Part shown: piece after piece, positions 1 through 7,410 of the stretch
How positions within the stretch are numbered: position 1 is the first letter of the stretch
How the letters are laid out: every line of letters starts with the position of its first letter
Assembly (NCBI RefSeq): GCF_020969955.1
Contig: NZ_JAHDSX010000056.1
Coordinates: 1 to 12,665, forward strand
DNA: 12,665 bases
Direction of reading: 5' to 3'
Source of the DNA: Allobaculum fili
Lineage (GTDB): Bacteria; Bacillota_I; Bacilli_A; Erysipelotrichales; Erysipelotrichaceae
Position numbers and translations under genes: made by a program
The notes under the pieces: generated by a model
What the model was told of the DNA's origin: nothing
The model's database searches: none
Seen by the model: only the letters and a program-made list of their open reading frames with translations

Positions 1-46
1 TTGGAGAAATCGATACCGAGATCGATTGCAGGGATGATTGATTCCA
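1..46 (-). CDS. 5' end of an unidentified gene that runs off the left edge; first 15 codons are MESIIPAIDLGIDFS
   Basis: ATG at 46..44 (minus) is preceded by AAGGAGG (60..54) with a 7-nt spacer, and the frame stays open to the window edge. The IDLGxxxS pattern resembles the phosphate-1 loop of ASKHA (Hsp70/actin-like) ATPases, but 15 residues cannot assign a family. Confidence 0.5.
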
Positions 47-53
47 TGAAAAA

Positions 54-87
54 GCCTCCTTGAATAAAGGAATTATCCCAAGGAGGC
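54..87 (-). promoter_or_regulatory. SD-sequestering, terminator-like hairpin directly upstream of the left-edge gene, with an extended -10 element in its loop
   Basis: Perfect 9-bp inverted repeat: GCCTCCTTG at 54..62 and CAAGGAGGC at 79..87, with a 16-nt loop. On the minus-strand RNA the 5' arm GCCUCCUUG is an anti-SD that pairs with the SD-containing 3' arm CAAGGAGGC, followed by UUUUUC and then AUG. The loop contains TGgGATAAT (minus strand, 80..72), which matches an extended -10. Confidence 0.55.
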
Positions 88-146
88 GGTCGAGAAAATA
101 CCCGTCTTTTATTTGACGCTTACGTTTGTTTCGAGCGGCCCAACAG

Positions 147-187
147 AAAAAGTCTGCTTTGCCAGCAGAAGAGCAGACAAAGCAGAC
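147..187 (-). terminator. Rho-independent terminator of the giant gene
   Basis: Perfect 10-bp stem (152..161 gtctgctttg pairs with 178..187 caaagcagac) and a 16-nt loop. On the minus strand it is followed by TTTTT (151..147). It lies about 110 nt downstream of the stop at 296..298. A second 8-bp hairpin (260..267/278..285) sits just after the stop but has no T-tract. Confidence 0.7.
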
Positions 188-295
188 GGATTTTCGATGG
201 GAGGCTCAAGTGCCGGTGAAGGCCGTAAAGCCTTAGCTTTCAAGGTTATGGTTCTTCTGGGTCTGGAATGCGCAGAATCCAGACCGAAACCGGTG

Positions 296-3200
296 TCAGA
301 TGCCAGGCGTTTCGATAGGACGCAGGGTGAGAAGATCCTCTTCCATCTGTCGGATGATGCTGTCGGCTGGATTTTTGAGCTTTCCATAAGAAATCCGGAG
401 CCGTTTTGTGGTAAACAGACACGCGTAGACAAACAGATCCAGAAACAGAATCTGGTCCTCATAAGGGTCGAGCGTTTTCAGATCCTTGATCAGTTTATCC
501 ACTTTTTTCAGATGCTGTTGAATCTGGTTCAGGGAAAGACGGGAATCACTGGAACTGATCATCAGAATACGGAGAAGCAGGCCTGTTTTCTTTGCCAGTC
601 GGGCAGCCTCTGGATAAGAAGAGTTCATGTACGGTTTAATTTCCTCAAGCAAAGCAGGAAGCGGTTTGCTGATTCGATTTGCCAGATAGCCTGCCTGAAT
701 ATAGATCAGAACCGTGCTGACCATCGTCTCGAGCTCCGGATCCTTTTTCATTTCCGGCCATTCGCCGACTGTGGAAGCCAGGGTACGGAGTACCTTATTT
801 AAGTATTCGACATTTAAGTATTCAGCCGTTTTGTCCCTTTTTGCCGCCGCTTCCTGGAGAGCAATACTCAGCTGAAGACAGACACGCATGCGGAGAAGCG
901 AAACGGAACATCTCTGTTCGACCAGAGCGGCAAGCTGCAGAGCCTGTCTTATCGAATCCGAATCGGATCGGGTTATGACGGACAGTCCCGGGAGCAGGCT
1001 GCCGATTCGATAGGAAAGTTCAAGAATATCTTCCGCATACGGGGCGAGTTCCTCATCGAGCAGCACCTTTTCCTGCAGGTTCGTCCAGTCTGGATCCGAT
1101 ACCGTCCAGATTCTCAAAAAAATTGCGAGAACTTCTGTAGCGGAGCCCCACAGCAGCTGGGCAATCATCAATTCGTTATTGCAGGCCGCATAAGCCTCAG
1201 GAACAGGGGCAGCATACGAACCCTTTGCTGTGGTATACCGGAGCGCCGCGATAGAAAACAGGGCTTCGCGAAACAGACCCGGATTCTCGGAAACCACATC
1301 CGAATTCTCTTCAAAAGCCGCGAGACGGCTGAGTTCCCGGCCGATCATTTCGGACATTCGAAGCGGACTGTCCTCCTTAAGTGCGGCCGCAAAAGCGGAT
1401 CGAGCAGCGAGTGTCACCATGCTCATATACGCGTCACTGTCAGAGAATGTGTTCATACTTGTCGTTGCATCACAAATATCTTCAATCCCGTCATAATCTT
1501 CGGCCTCGATTAAGCCGTTGAGCGTTGTAATAAAGGCTTTTGCGAGGGAAGCCGCATTATCGGGATACATATTGTCCCCATGATACGCATGATCCAGAAG
1601 GGAAATGATCGACAGGTACTCGGCGTACATCGAGGAGGGGGATGCGTTAAACAGCAGCCCTCTCTGGACTTCCGGGAGCTGGAAAATCACGGAATCCGGA
1701 TCCAGTCGGGTGGACGATTCCTCCTCCAGAAGCTCCATCAGCGTTTCACTGGCCTGCTTTGCGGCGGTTTTGTCTTTGCAGAGAATGGCATCGGTGAGAC
1801 GGAGATACCAGGCTTCTTCCCGGATTTTCTGCATCGTGCTCGACAGACCAAATTTTTGGATATGGTCTTTGGCCCGCTCACACGCCTGCTTTGCCATGTA
1901 TAAACATGCCGGATAGGCAGCGCAGCTGCCCAGCAGTCGGGATACAGAGCAGCAGGCTTCCGTGGCAAAACCGAGTTCCTGTTCAGTCTGCGGGTTCCAC
2001 TGGTTTAAAATCGCGAGGATATTCAAAATCAGCCGCGGTACTTCGACTGGCGAAACCTGCTGGAAATTGAAGGCAGCGGAGCTGAGAAGCTCGATTCGCT
2101 TCATTTCCAGACCGATGGCTGGATTGTATTCACTGGCTTTGTCGGGATGCTGCTGTTCAAAGAGCTCCTTGTTGTAGTCGTCAATAAAGGCGATCAGCAG
2201 ATCGTAAAGTTCGCTGGCCACAAGCGGTGCGCCTTCTTCCGTCGCTCGCTGCGCATCGTGTAAATAGGAGTCAAAGTAAGCGAAGATACTTTCGTTATCC
2301 ATATAAGTAAACGATTCACGAAGCGCGAGATACAGACGGAAGACGGGATCGAAATCCGTATCCCGCGTATTCAGAGTGTACTCATCGAGAAGGGTTTCCA
2401 CCGTATGCAAAGCCAGTGCCGTATGGAGCGTCGGATACAGATTGAGCGTGTGAAAAATGGTGAAGACCACATGGGGAATTTGCGAAGGCTTCCACGAATT
2501 GTTCACGAGAAACAGGCACAGGCAGTCCATGCCTTCCAGCGACAGAATCTGTTCGTTCTCCGCTAAGGAAAGCATAATTTTGGAAATGCCCGTGCGCAGA
2601 TCGGCGAACTCCTGCAGGTCATCTGCCATTTCCAGAGCGTATCCGATCATCAGAGCAAAGTTGTAAAAGGCATGAAGCAGCGTCTGATTCGGGTGACGCT
2701 CTGGAACGAGAACCGAAGAGGTTTTACGGAAAATATCCTTGCACAGCTCCATGACCCGCTCACGCTGATCCGGTGGACAGACTTTATACAGGGCACAGAC
2801 GGCATAGTACAGAACCGGCAGGTCCAGTCTGTCGTACGAAGCGCAGTCCTCAAGGGATGAAATCAGGCGCGCACAGAGATTCGTCAGAAAGTCGGAATAG
2901 CCAGGTTCATTTTTCAGCTGGTCAAGGTATTGCGTATCTTCATCGGAGAGCAGAGCCGTTTCTCCAAGCGGTGCAAAAATCAGCAGCAGATTTTCGAGGG
3001 AATAGACGACTTCTTCCGGATACAGCTGAAACACCGGCTGCATGACCAGAGCGCTGATTTCCTCCGTGAGCGGCGGATTATAGCGGATCATAAAATGGAG
3101 AACGTTCTGTACGCAGCGCAGGCGAAGCGCTTCCGTCTCGGGATGGTCCGGATCGAAGGAAAGATCCAGCGAACCGGCGGATTCAGCGTAATTCTGTACG

Positions 3201-4138
3201 TAGCCGGGAGAAAGGGCCGTAAGAATCTGATTGTAGAGCCATTCTACATAGCTCCATTCCAGATGGCGGAACGGATTGGCCATCAGTTCCTCATAGTGTT
3301 CCGCGTTCTCTCGAAGCAGGGCCGGAATCCGGTCTGGATCGCCATCCACGAACGCTTCGAAAAGAGGCAGAAAGTCTTCGTCATCGTTCAGTGCTTTTTG
3401 AAGAGCGAAAACGAGCAGATCCAGCAGGGCTTCGCCGGCATCTGCCAGAATGGTTTCTCTGTTTTCGGCGCCTTGTCCCGGCTCTGTCGTCTGCTTGCCA
3501 AGATCAAAAAAAACCTGTTCCACCTGACGATAGGCAGCCGTATCGATAAGCGCGTTGTACCCTTCCAGCACACTGCTCAAGCCGTATTTCTCAGTCCATA
3601 ATCGCGTGCTCAGACAGAGCGTCTCGACCTTATCGTCTCGCTGCTCCTGGGCGTCTTCCGTTTTGGACAGGGTGGAAACCAGATCCAGAGTCGGTCCCAT
3701 CAGTTTCATGCAGGGCATAGATTCAAAGTCCGCCAGCTGTACGTTTTTATAGAGGAGCATTCCGGTGTCATTGCTCGTCTGCAGGTAACGAAGGGAAGAC
3801 GTCTCGTTCAGCGCTGTCGCCAGCAGGGCGAAGAAAAAGAAGACAATAACATCCGAACTGGACGTTTTGGACAGCGGGAAGCGAATGGTGCGGTTCGGAT
3901 CAGACCAGGTCAGAACCGGTCCAAGATTCAGGGCTTCATCCGGTGCGCTCACCGACAGAGAAGCCGCAATGGGACGCGGCCGTCCGGTCGGCGTGAACGG
4001 CTCCGTAATTTTCCGGCCGTCCCAGTAAAGGGAAGGTTCCCCGTTTTCCAGCGCCTTGTGAATGGTCTGAACAGCTTTGAGCGAATTCAAAGGCGCAATG
4101 GTTTTCATGTTTAATGTGAAGTTGATTTTTTCAGACAT
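296..4138 (-). CDS. Giant (1280 aa) cytoplasmic protein of unknown function: N-terminal domain of about 170-190 aa followed by a long, acidic, Leu-rich, apparently all-alpha repeat/solenoid region
   Basis: Uninterrupted 3.8-kb reading frame. By eye there is no signal peptide, TM segment, Walker A motif, HExxH or HTH. I prefer the ATG at 4138 (MSEKINFTLNMKTIAPL...) over the TTG at 4180 that the ORF track uses. Neither start has a good SD. Confidence 0.85.
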   Translation of the reverse strand: MSEKINFTLNMKTIAPLNSLKAVQTIHKALENGEPSLYWDGRKITEPFTPTGRPRPIAASLSVSAPDEALNLGPVLTWSDPNRTIRFPLSKTSSSDVIVFFFFALLATALNETSSLRYLQTSNDTGMLLYKNVQLADFESMPCMKLMGPTLDLVSTLSKTEDAQEQRDDKVETLCLSTRLWTEKYGLSSVLEGYNALIDTAAYRQVEQVFFDLGKQTTEPGQGAENRETILADAGEALLDLLVFALQKALNDDEDFLPLFEAFVDGDPDRIPALLRENAEHYEELMANPFRHLEWSYVEWLYNQILTALSPGYVQNYAESAGSLDLSFDPDHPETEALRLRCVQNVLHFMIRYNPPLTEEISALVMQPVFQLYPEEVVYSLENLLLIFAPLGETALLSDEDTQYLDQLKNEPGYSDFLTNLCARLISSLEDCASYDRLDLPVLYYAVCALYKVCPPDQRERVMELCKDIFRKTSSVLVPERHPNQTLLHAFYNFALMIGYALEMADDLQEFADLRTGISKIMLSLAENEQILSLEGMDCLCLFLVNNSWKPSQIPHVVFTIFHTLNLYPTLHTALALHTVETLLDEYTLNTRDTDFDPVFRLYLALRESFTYMDNESIFAYFDSYLHDAQRATEEGAPLVASELYDLLIAFIDDYNKELFEQQHPDKASEYNPAIGLEMKRIELLSSAAFNFQQVSPVEVPRLILNILAILNQWNPQTEQELGFATEACCSVSRLLGSCAAYPACLYMAKQACERAKDHIQKFGLSSTMQKIREEAWYLRLTDAILCKDKTAAKQASETLMELLEEESSTRLDPDSVIFQLPEVQRGLLFNASPSSMYAEYLSIISLLDHAYHGDNMYPDNAASLAKAFITTLNGLIEAEDYDGIEDICDATTSMNTFSDSDAYMSMVTLAARSAFAAALKEDSPLRMSEMIGRELSRLAAFEENSDVVSENPGLFREALFSIAALRYTTAKGSYAAPVPEAYAACNNELMIAQLLWGSATEVLAIFLRIWTVSDPDWTNLQEKVLLDEELAPYAEDILELSYRIGSLLPGLSVITRSDSDSIRQALQLAALVEQRCSVSLLRMRVCLQLSIALQEAAAKRDKTAEYLNVEYLNKVLRTLASTVGEWPEMKKDPELETMVSTVLIYIQAGYLANRISKPLPALLEEIKPYMNSSYPEAARLAKKTGLLLRILMISSSDSRLSLNQIQQHLKKVDKLIKDLKTLDPYEDQILFLDLFVYACLFTTKRLRISYGKLKNPADSIIRQMEEDLLTLRPIETPGI

Positions 4139-4271
4139 ATATCCAGTATAGAAGAATGAAAAAGGAAAGACTGAAAACAATTTCTTTCTCTGTGTGGATT
4201 GTTAAAACGTATAAACGATCCGGGAACTGCGCCCCAAAGAAAAAAAGCGGATTCGCCCGGTGAAAAATGGA

Positions 4272-4370
4272 AATTTTCGCCCTGAAAACCGCCTGACCAA
4301 TCTAGCCTGTTTTGCGTCCGTTCTGGCCCGCAGATAGCCGTTTCGAACGCGGAAAAGACGGGCGAAAATT
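4272..4370. repeat. 99-bp unit bracketed by a perfect 11-bp inverted repeat, with internal direct repeats
   Basis: AATTTTCGCCC at 4272..4282 is the exact reverse complement of GGGCGAAAATT at 4360..4370. Direct-repeat pairs: GGTGAAAAATGG (4259..4270) with GGCGAAAATTGG (4361..4372); TGAAAACCGCC (4283..4293) with TAAAAACCGTCC (4373..4384); TAGCCTGTTTTGCG (4303..4316) with TAGCCGTTTCGAACGCG (4335..4351). Confidence 0.6.
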
Positions 4371-4527
4371 GGTAAAAACCGTCCGTAAGGCGTAAATGCC
4401 GCATTTTAAACCCACGTCAAATGTCTACTCTGCATAGGTGAATGAAATTGCATCGACATGGTGAAAAACATGAACATCGCCCATGAATAAAGGGGAATTA
4501 AGGTTTTCTAAAACTTTTACAGAGCTA

Positions 4528-4556
4528 TTGAATATGGTTTCCAATAGGTATATGAA
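4528..4556 (+). promoter_or_regulatory. Candidate sigma-70-type promoter for the GNAT gene
   Basis: TTGAAT (4528..4533), 17-bp spacer, TATGAA (4551..4556), about 50 nt upstream of the GTG start. Based on the motif match only. Confidence 0.35.
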
Positions 4557-4606
4557 CAAGAAAAAGAACGTGCAGACATACGCCCAGACAAAGGAGGGAG
4601 TATACC

Positions 4607-5173
4607 GTGGAAATTCGTACAGAGAGACTGACGCTCAGAACATGGCAGGCGGACGATGCAGCAGCTCTTTACGCGCTGGCCAGCGAACCGGAAATCGGCG
4701 AAAAGTGCGGCTGGGTTCCTCATTCCTCCGCAGAGTACAGCGCCATGGTGATTGATTCCTCGCTCCAGAACGATGAGGCGTATGCGATCGTGCTCAGCGA
4801 AAACAATACGATCATCGGTTCGGTTTCGATCAAGCTCGACGGCGATTCTGATCTTTCCAACTGGGAAGACGAAGGCGAAATCGGCGTCTGGATCGGCAAG
4901 CCGTACTGGAAAAAAGGCTACGCCACAGAAGCCTGTGCCGCTCTTCTCGATCACGCTTTTTACGATCTGGATCTTTCCAAAATCTGGGCCGGCCATTACC
5001 ATGGGAACCTGGCTTCGCGAAAACTGCAGCAGGGTCTTGGCTTTGAGCAGGAAAGAACCGAAGAAGAATATCTGATCAAGCACCTTAAGCGCATGACCAA
5101 GCTTCACGTTTTCTCCCTGACCAGAGAAAAGTGGCAGGCACTGCATCCATACCCCCAGAAACTGGAAAACTGA
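4607..5173 (+). CDS. GNAT-family N-acetyltransferase, RimJ/RimL-like (Acetyltransf_3 type)
   Basis: GTG start at 4607 with AAGGAGGG (4591..4598) 8 nt upstream. N-terminal TERLTLRTWQADDAAALYALASEPEIG and WIGKPYWKKGYATEACAALLDHAF match the RimJ/RimL-type GNAT pattern. Confidence 0.85.
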   Translation: MEIRTERLTLRTWQADDAAALYALASEPEIGEKCGWVPHSSAEYSAMVIDSSLQNDEAYAIVLSENNTIIGSVSIKLDGDSDLSNWEDEGEIGVWIGKPYWKKGYATEACAALLDHAFYDLDLSKIWAGHYHGNLASRKLQQGLGFEQERTEEEYLIKHLKRMTKLHVFSLTREKWQALHPYPQKLEN

Positions 5174-5219
5174 AATCGAAAGACCTCATGATTTTCAAAA
5201 AATTCTAGCGTTCTAAAGC

Positions 5220-5261
5220 GACGCACAAAGTCCTTCCCCCGGCTTTGTGCGTCGTTTTGTC
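5220..5261 (+). terminator. Rho-independent terminator of the GNAT gene
   Basis: Perfect 11-bp stem (GACGCACAAAG 5220..5230 pairs with CTTTGTGCGTC 5243..5253) and a 12-nt loop, followed by GTTTTGTC. Confidence 0.8.
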
Positions 5262-5376
5262 TATGCATAGGCTTCGGGCGTCGGCTGGAAACGGATTTGA
5301 AAACTGTGCCACAATAAGCGTGGAAAAGCCTCTAGGTTGAATCAAAAACCCTGAAATTTGAAATGGAGGGATCTCT

Positions 5377-6846
5377 ATGGCTTGTACTACAATTCTGGTT
5401 GGCAAAAAGGCTTCGCTTGACGGCTCAACCATGATCGCGCGAAATGACGACAATCCAAACGGACATTTTGCGATCAAAAAATACTGCATGGTGCTTCCGG
5501 AAGAACAGCCCCGCACCTATCATTCCGTAATTTCTCATCTGGAAGTCAAACTTCCGGATAACCCGATGCGCTACAGCGCGCTTCCAAACGTAAATCCCGA
5601 AGAAAAGGGAATCTGGGCAGGTTCCGGCATTAACGCCGACAACGTCGCCATGACCGCAACCGAAACCATCACCTCAAACGTCCGCGTTCTCGGCGCCGAT
5701 CCGCTGGTTGTGTATACTCCAGCACAAAACGGCGAAAGCGAAAAACCGGGCGGCATCGGCGAAGAAGATATCGTTGTCCTCGTTTTGCCGTATATTCACA
5801 GCGCACGGGAAGGCGTTATGCGTCTGGGCTCCCTGCTGGAAGAATATGGTACGTATGAAATGAACGGCATCGCCTTCTCGGATCAGGACGAAGTCTGGTT
5901 TTTGGAAAGCGTCGGCGGCCATCACTGGATTGCCAGCCGTCTGCCGGACGATCACTATTCCGTTATCCCAAACAGCTTTATCGAAGACACCTTTGATCTC
6001 GATGACGCTTTAGGCAAAAAGGAAAACTTCATGTGCTCGCCAGATCTGGAAACCTTCATTAACGAAAACAGTCTGGCCCGCATTGTCGACGGCCGCTTCA
6101 ATCCGCGTGTCGCCTTTGGCAGCCACACCGATGCCGACCATGTGTATAACACCCCGCGTCTCTGGTACGGCCAGCGCTATTTCAACCCGACGACCGTTCG
6201 CTGGGATGGAGAAGACGCTGAATTTACGCCGCAGAGCGACAACATGCCGTTCAGCCGCAAACCGGAACATCTGATTACCGTAGACGATGTCAAATACGTG
6301 CTGTCCTCGACGTATCAGGGCACCCCGTACGATCCGTATTCGTCTTCGCCAAAAGGCCGTCTGTTCCGTACGATCGGCATTAACCGCACCGCGTTCCTTT
6401 CGCTCAGCCAGATCCGCGGCGATCTGCCCGATCCCGTCAAAAGCATTCAGTGGATTACGTTCGCATCCAACGTCTACAACGCACTCGTTCCGCAGTTTGC
6501 AAACGTAACCGAAGTGCCGACGTATTTCTCCAACACGAAACTGCAGTGCAATACCAACAGCTTCTACTGGGACAACCGTCTGATCAGCGCCCTGGCCGAT
6601 GCCCATCACAGCGATGCCATCGTCTTTGTCGAACGCTATCAGCAGGCCCTTGGTGCCGCTGCCCGTCATGTCGTTGACGAAACGATCGCCAAAGCACTCA
6701 AAGGCGAAAGCAGCGAAGCGCTTCTGCAGGCCGCTAACCAGCAGATTGCCGATCTGGCGCAGAGTCAGACCCAGGGTCTGGTCGATCAGGTTCTCTTTAC
6801 CGCAACCTGCAATATGACTAACGCCTACCAGCGCTCCGATCAGTAA
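5377..6846 (+). CDS. Peptidase family C69 dipeptidase (dipeptidase A / PepDA-like, Ntn-hydrolase type)
   Basis: ATG at 5377 with GGAGGG 6 nt upstream. The N-terminus MACTTILVGKKASLDGSTMIARNDD is the hallmark C69 start, with the nucleophilic Cys close to the N-terminus. The 489-aa length is typical. Confidence 0.85.
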   Translation: MACTTILVGKKASLDGSTMIARNDDNPNGHFAIKKYCMVLPEEQPRTYHSVISHLEVKLPDNPMRYSALPNVNPEEKGIWAGSGINADNVAMTATETITSNVRVLGADPLVVYTPAQNGESEKPGGIGEEDIVVLVLPYIHSAREGVMRLGSLLEEYGTYEMNGIAFSDQDEVWFLESVGGHHWIASRLPDDHYSVIPNSFIEDTFDLDDALGKKENFMCSPDLETFINENSLARIVDGRFNPRVAFGSHTDADHVYNTPRLWYGQRYFNPTTVRWDGEDAEFTPQSDNMPFSRKPEHLITVDDVKYVLSSTYQGTPYDPYSSSPKGRLFRTIGINRTAFLSLSQIRGDLPDPVKSIQWITFASNVYNALVPQFANVTEVPTYFSNTKLQCNTNSFYWDNRLISALADAHHSDAIVFVERYQQALGAAARHVVDETIAKALKGESSEALLQAANQQIADLAQSQTQGLVDQVLFTATCNMTNAYQRSDQ

Positions 6847-6939
6847 AGCCTGGCCAGAGAAAGCTCGGATTTCATCCCGAATGTTCCAGCACAGGAAAAC
6901 TCCAGCTTTCCGTTTACTGACATAACCGATCCAGAATCG

Positions 6940-6981
6940 AAACGCCGCAAAGACAGAACCGACTGTCGCTGCGGCGTTTTT
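6940..6981 (+). terminator. Rho-independent terminator of the dipeptidase gene
   Basis: 10-bp outer stem (AAACGCCGCA 6940..6949 pairs with TGCGGCGTTT 6970..6979) and an inner GACAG/CTGTC stem, followed by a T-run extending to 6981. Confidence 0.8.
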
Positions 6982-7006
6982 CTATGCAGACAGGAAAAGC
7001 GGACAG

Positions 7007-7041
7007 ACAAAAACCCCGGGATACCGATTGGCTTCCCGGGG
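7007..7041 (-). terminator. Minus-strand rho-independent terminator with no adjacent gene; it closes the 563-nt non-coding stretch downstream of trpB2
   Basis: 8-bp GC-rich stem (CCCCGGGA 7014..7021 pairs with TCCCGGGG 7034..7041) and a 12-nt loop. On the minus strand it is followed by TTTTTGTCTG (A-run 7009..7013 on plus). Confidence 0.65.
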
Positions 7042-7381
7042 TAAGTGAGTTCTTTTCGGATTCAGACGATCGCGCTACGGCCCTTTTGTGAATTGTTTCG
7101 GCCCTGCTCGCGTAACTTCCAGCTCCACGTCCTCGTTTCTTTCAGACTGAACTCGACAATCGCATAAGCTGCAGTTCTGAAAGCAATGCCTGAATGTTCT
7201 CCTCCTGCCTTTTGCGAAGCAACGATTCCTGTTCTGCAGTGGCTGATTATTCTGAGGATTGTCACCGGTCTGCAGTTCGTTTTCGCACGGATGGTGTCTG
7301 GCGAGTTTCATGTTCGGGTTTTATTCCGTCGATGGGTTTTAACGTCTTCTCTGACGCGCCTGGAAAAGGGACTCACTTTTT

Positions 7382-7410
7382 TTGAACCTGTGTGTTGGTA
7401 TCTATACAAT
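7382..7410 (+). promoter_or_regulatory. Near-consensus sigma-70 promoter-like element with no downstream ORF; it points into the 3' end of trpB2
   Basis: TTGAAC (7382..7387), exact 17-bp spacer, TACAAT (7405..7410). It overlaps a 7-bp inverted repeat TTGGTAT/ATACCAA (7395..7415). Confidence 0.4.

Noticed and set aside
113-802. 229-aa plus-strand ORF, along with the other plus-strand ORFs inside 296..4138 (for example 1230..1496, 1580..1903, 2930..3601)
   Set aside because: All are antisense shadows of the 3.8-kb minus-strand frame. They have no SD, some use non-ATG starts (TTG at 113), and their composition is low-complexity Arg/Ser/Phe-rich. The long uninterrupted minus-strand frame explains them.
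4139-4180. N-terminal extension MFSVFPFSFFYTGY of the giant ORF as given in the ORF track
   Set aside because: It starts at a TTG with only a weak purine-rich upstream tract and encodes an odd aromatic peptide. The ATG at 4138 is more plausible, but the true start is unresolved.
4200-4400. ZTP (pfl) or other known riboswitch, suggested by ACCGCCTGACC and CGCCCGGTG strings
   Set aside because: The conserved 5' subdomain (GGGTCGTGAC-like) is absent and the context (giant gene / GNAT) does not fit. The resemblance is limited to a short GC-rich string.
4517-5146. 209-aa minus-strand ORF, plus the 4483..4755 and 4752..5075 plus-strand ORFs overlapping the GNAT gene
   Set aside because: They are antisense or out-of-frame overlaps of a gene with a strong SD and clear GNAT motifs, and they have no family-like sequence of their own.
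6010-6669. 219-aa minus-strand ORF inside the dipeptidase gene; likewise 8112..8981 (+, 289 aa) inside trpB2 and 9434..10453 (+, 339 aa) inside the PurF-like gene
   Set aside because: These are long antisense frames of the kind common in moderately GC-rich coding DNA. They are Ala/Arg/Gly/Val-rich, have no SD, and the opposite-strand genes carry unmistakable family motifs.
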